Assembly (NCBI GenBank): GCA_937864465.1
Contig: CALMJU010000070.1
Span: 9,095 to 73,094 of the forward strand
Length of the DNA stretch: 64,000 bases
DNA from: an uncultured Acidobacteriota bacterium
GTDB lineage: Bacteria; Acidobacteriota; Polarisedimenticolia; Polarisedimenticolales; JAIQFR01
Direction: 5' to 3'
The position numbers were made by a program, and so were the translations under genes. Numbering within the stretch: position 1 is the stretch's first letter; each line of letters starts with the position of its first letter. Of the stretch, positions 62,671-64,000 are shown in pieces. A model generated the notes under the pieces. That model worked only from the letters and a program-made list of their open reading frames with translations. It did no database searches and was not told the DNA's origin.

Positions 62671-64000
62671 TCAAGACGCGCGCGGCGCCGCCACGGCCTC
62701 GGCGTCCCGGTCGGCCAGGGCCTCCCGGTACACCTCCTCGTAGCGGCCCGCCGAGCGCTCCCAGGAAAAGTCCGCCGCCATCCCCCGCAGGACGAGCGCG
62801 CGCCACAGGCCCCGATCGCGCCAGATCCTGACGGCCCGCCGCACGGTCTTGAGCAGCTCCGCCGGCTCGTAGGCACGGAACACGAAGCCGTTCGCCCGCT
62901 CGGGGTCCTCGTCGAGGTCCACGACCGTGTCGGCCAGGCCGCCGACCGCCCGGACGAGCGGGACCGCCCCGTAGCGGAGGCTGTACATCTGGTTCAGGCC
63001 GCACGGCTCGTACCGGGAGGGCATCAGGAACATGTCGGCCCCTCCCTCGATCCGATGCGCCAGCTCCTCCTCGTGGCCGGTGCGGAACGCCATCCGCCCC
63101 GGCCTGCGCCTCGCGGCCTCCCGCAGCGCGCTCTCGTACCTCTCGTCCCCCGACCCGAGGATCACCATCTGGACGCCGTCGTCGAGGATCCGGTCGAGGA
63201 CCGGGAGGAGGATGTCGATCCCCTTCTGGGACGCGAGCCGCGTGACCATCCCGACGAGGGGGGCGCGCGGCCGGGAATCGTCGAGGCCGAGCTCGCGCCG
63301 GAGCGCGGCCGCGACCTTCCCCTTCCCCGCGAGGCTCTCCGGACCGTAGCGGAACGGGAGGTGCGGGTCGCTCCCGGGGTCCCAGACGGAGCCGTCGATC
63401 CCGTTCAGGATCCCCGAGAGCCGGTCTGCCCGCCCGGCGAGCACCCCCTCGAGGCCGGCCCCGAACTCCCCGCTCGCGCGGATCTCCTCGGCGTAGCGCG
63501 GCGACACCGTCGTCAGCCGGTCGGAGGCCACGATTCCCATCTTCATCAGGTTGACCTGGCCGTGGAACTCGATCGGCCCGGCGGCGTACTCGAGGCCGCG
63601 CGGCAGCCCGGACAGCTCGGCCCACGACGGCGGCTCGATCCCCTGGTAGCCGAGGTTGTGGATCGTGAAGACCGTCGCCGGGCGGCGCGCCAGCCGCCCG
63701 GGGAGCTTCGCCCACCGGAGGAGCGCCGGCACGAGCGCCGTCTGGTGGTCGTGGGCGTGCACCACGTCGGGGACCCATCCGTCCGAGCCGACGGCCGCGT
63801 GCACCGCGCGGCAGAAGATCGCCCACCGGAGCCCGTTGTCCTCGTAGGGTCTCCGCGTTGCGGGATCCAGATAGATGCCGGGACGGTCGAAGGTGTCGTG
63901 GGCGACGAGATCGACCGGCGACGGGAGGTCCTCTCCCTCGACCCGGACGACGCGCGCGGACACGCGGCCGTGGCGGACCACGAACGACACCTCGCGGGTC
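62671..64000 (-). CDS. glgA: Glycogen synthase (5'-truncated by the window)
   Basis: HAHDHQT, FTIHNLGYQG, TTVSPRYA, GILNGID, RLASQKG, MPSRYEPCGL and GGLADTV. Confidence 0.95.
   Translation of the reverse strand, partial: TREVSFVVRHGRVSARVVRVEGEDLPSPVDLVAHDTFDRPGIYLDPATRRPYEDNGLRWAIFCRAVHAAVGSDGWVPDVVHAHDHQTALVPALLRWAKLPGRLARRPATVFTIHNLGYQGIEPPSWAELSGLPRGLEYAAGPIEFHGQVNLMKMGIVASDRLTTVSPRYAEEIRASGEFGAGLEGVLAGRADRLSGILNGIDGSVWDPGSDPHLPFRYGPESLAGKGKVAAALRRELGLDDSRPRAPLVGMVTRLASQKGIDILLPVLDRILDDGVQMVILGSGDERYESALREAARRRPGRMAFRTGHEEELAHRIEGGADMFLMPSRYEPCGLNQMYSLRYGAVPLVRAVGGLADTVVDLDEDPERANGFVFRAYEPAELLKTVRRAVRIWRDRGLWRALVLRGMAADFSWERSAGRYEEVYREALADRDAEAVAAPRAS

Noticed and set aside
1-64000. CRISPR arrays, rRNA/tRNA, prophage, integrase or defence genes
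   Set aside because: No regularly spaced repeats or diagnostic protein motifs were seen by eye. Intergenic spaces are short and mostly explained.

Overview
This is a very GC-rich (by eye about 70% or more), densely coding bacterial chromosome segment with about 60 CDS. It is most likely Acidobacteriota, inferred from the VWA-domain protein, the HslU N-terminus, the membrane multiheme cytochrome and the def-fmt-PASTA-rpe gene order. I found no rRNA, tRNA, CRISPR array, phage gene or transposase. Housekeeping genes include dapF, hslUV, bamD, rpe, def/fmt, mpl, pcm, proS, sucCD, ndk, rnhB, gpmA, trxB and glgA/glgC. The main points of interest are: (1) a split cobalamin methionine-synthase module fed by a non-pyrrolysine MttB methyltransferase, with no folate-binding module; (2) two tandem GAPDH genes, one lacking key phosphate-binding residues; (3) a dikinase-type protein whose His-domain-first order matches plant glucan-water dikinases; (4) a 216-bp element bounded by 24-bp inverted repeats that overlaps the sucC promoter region; (5) a ThkA/TrrA-like two-component pair inserted between glgA and glgC; (6) an envelope glycosylation cluster with face-to-face kinase-like genes and a TMTC-like transferase; and (7) sigma-54, ECF and leaderless promoter signatures. 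All calls come from manual motif reading, with no database search. Start codons were chosen by eye and many differ from the ORF track.
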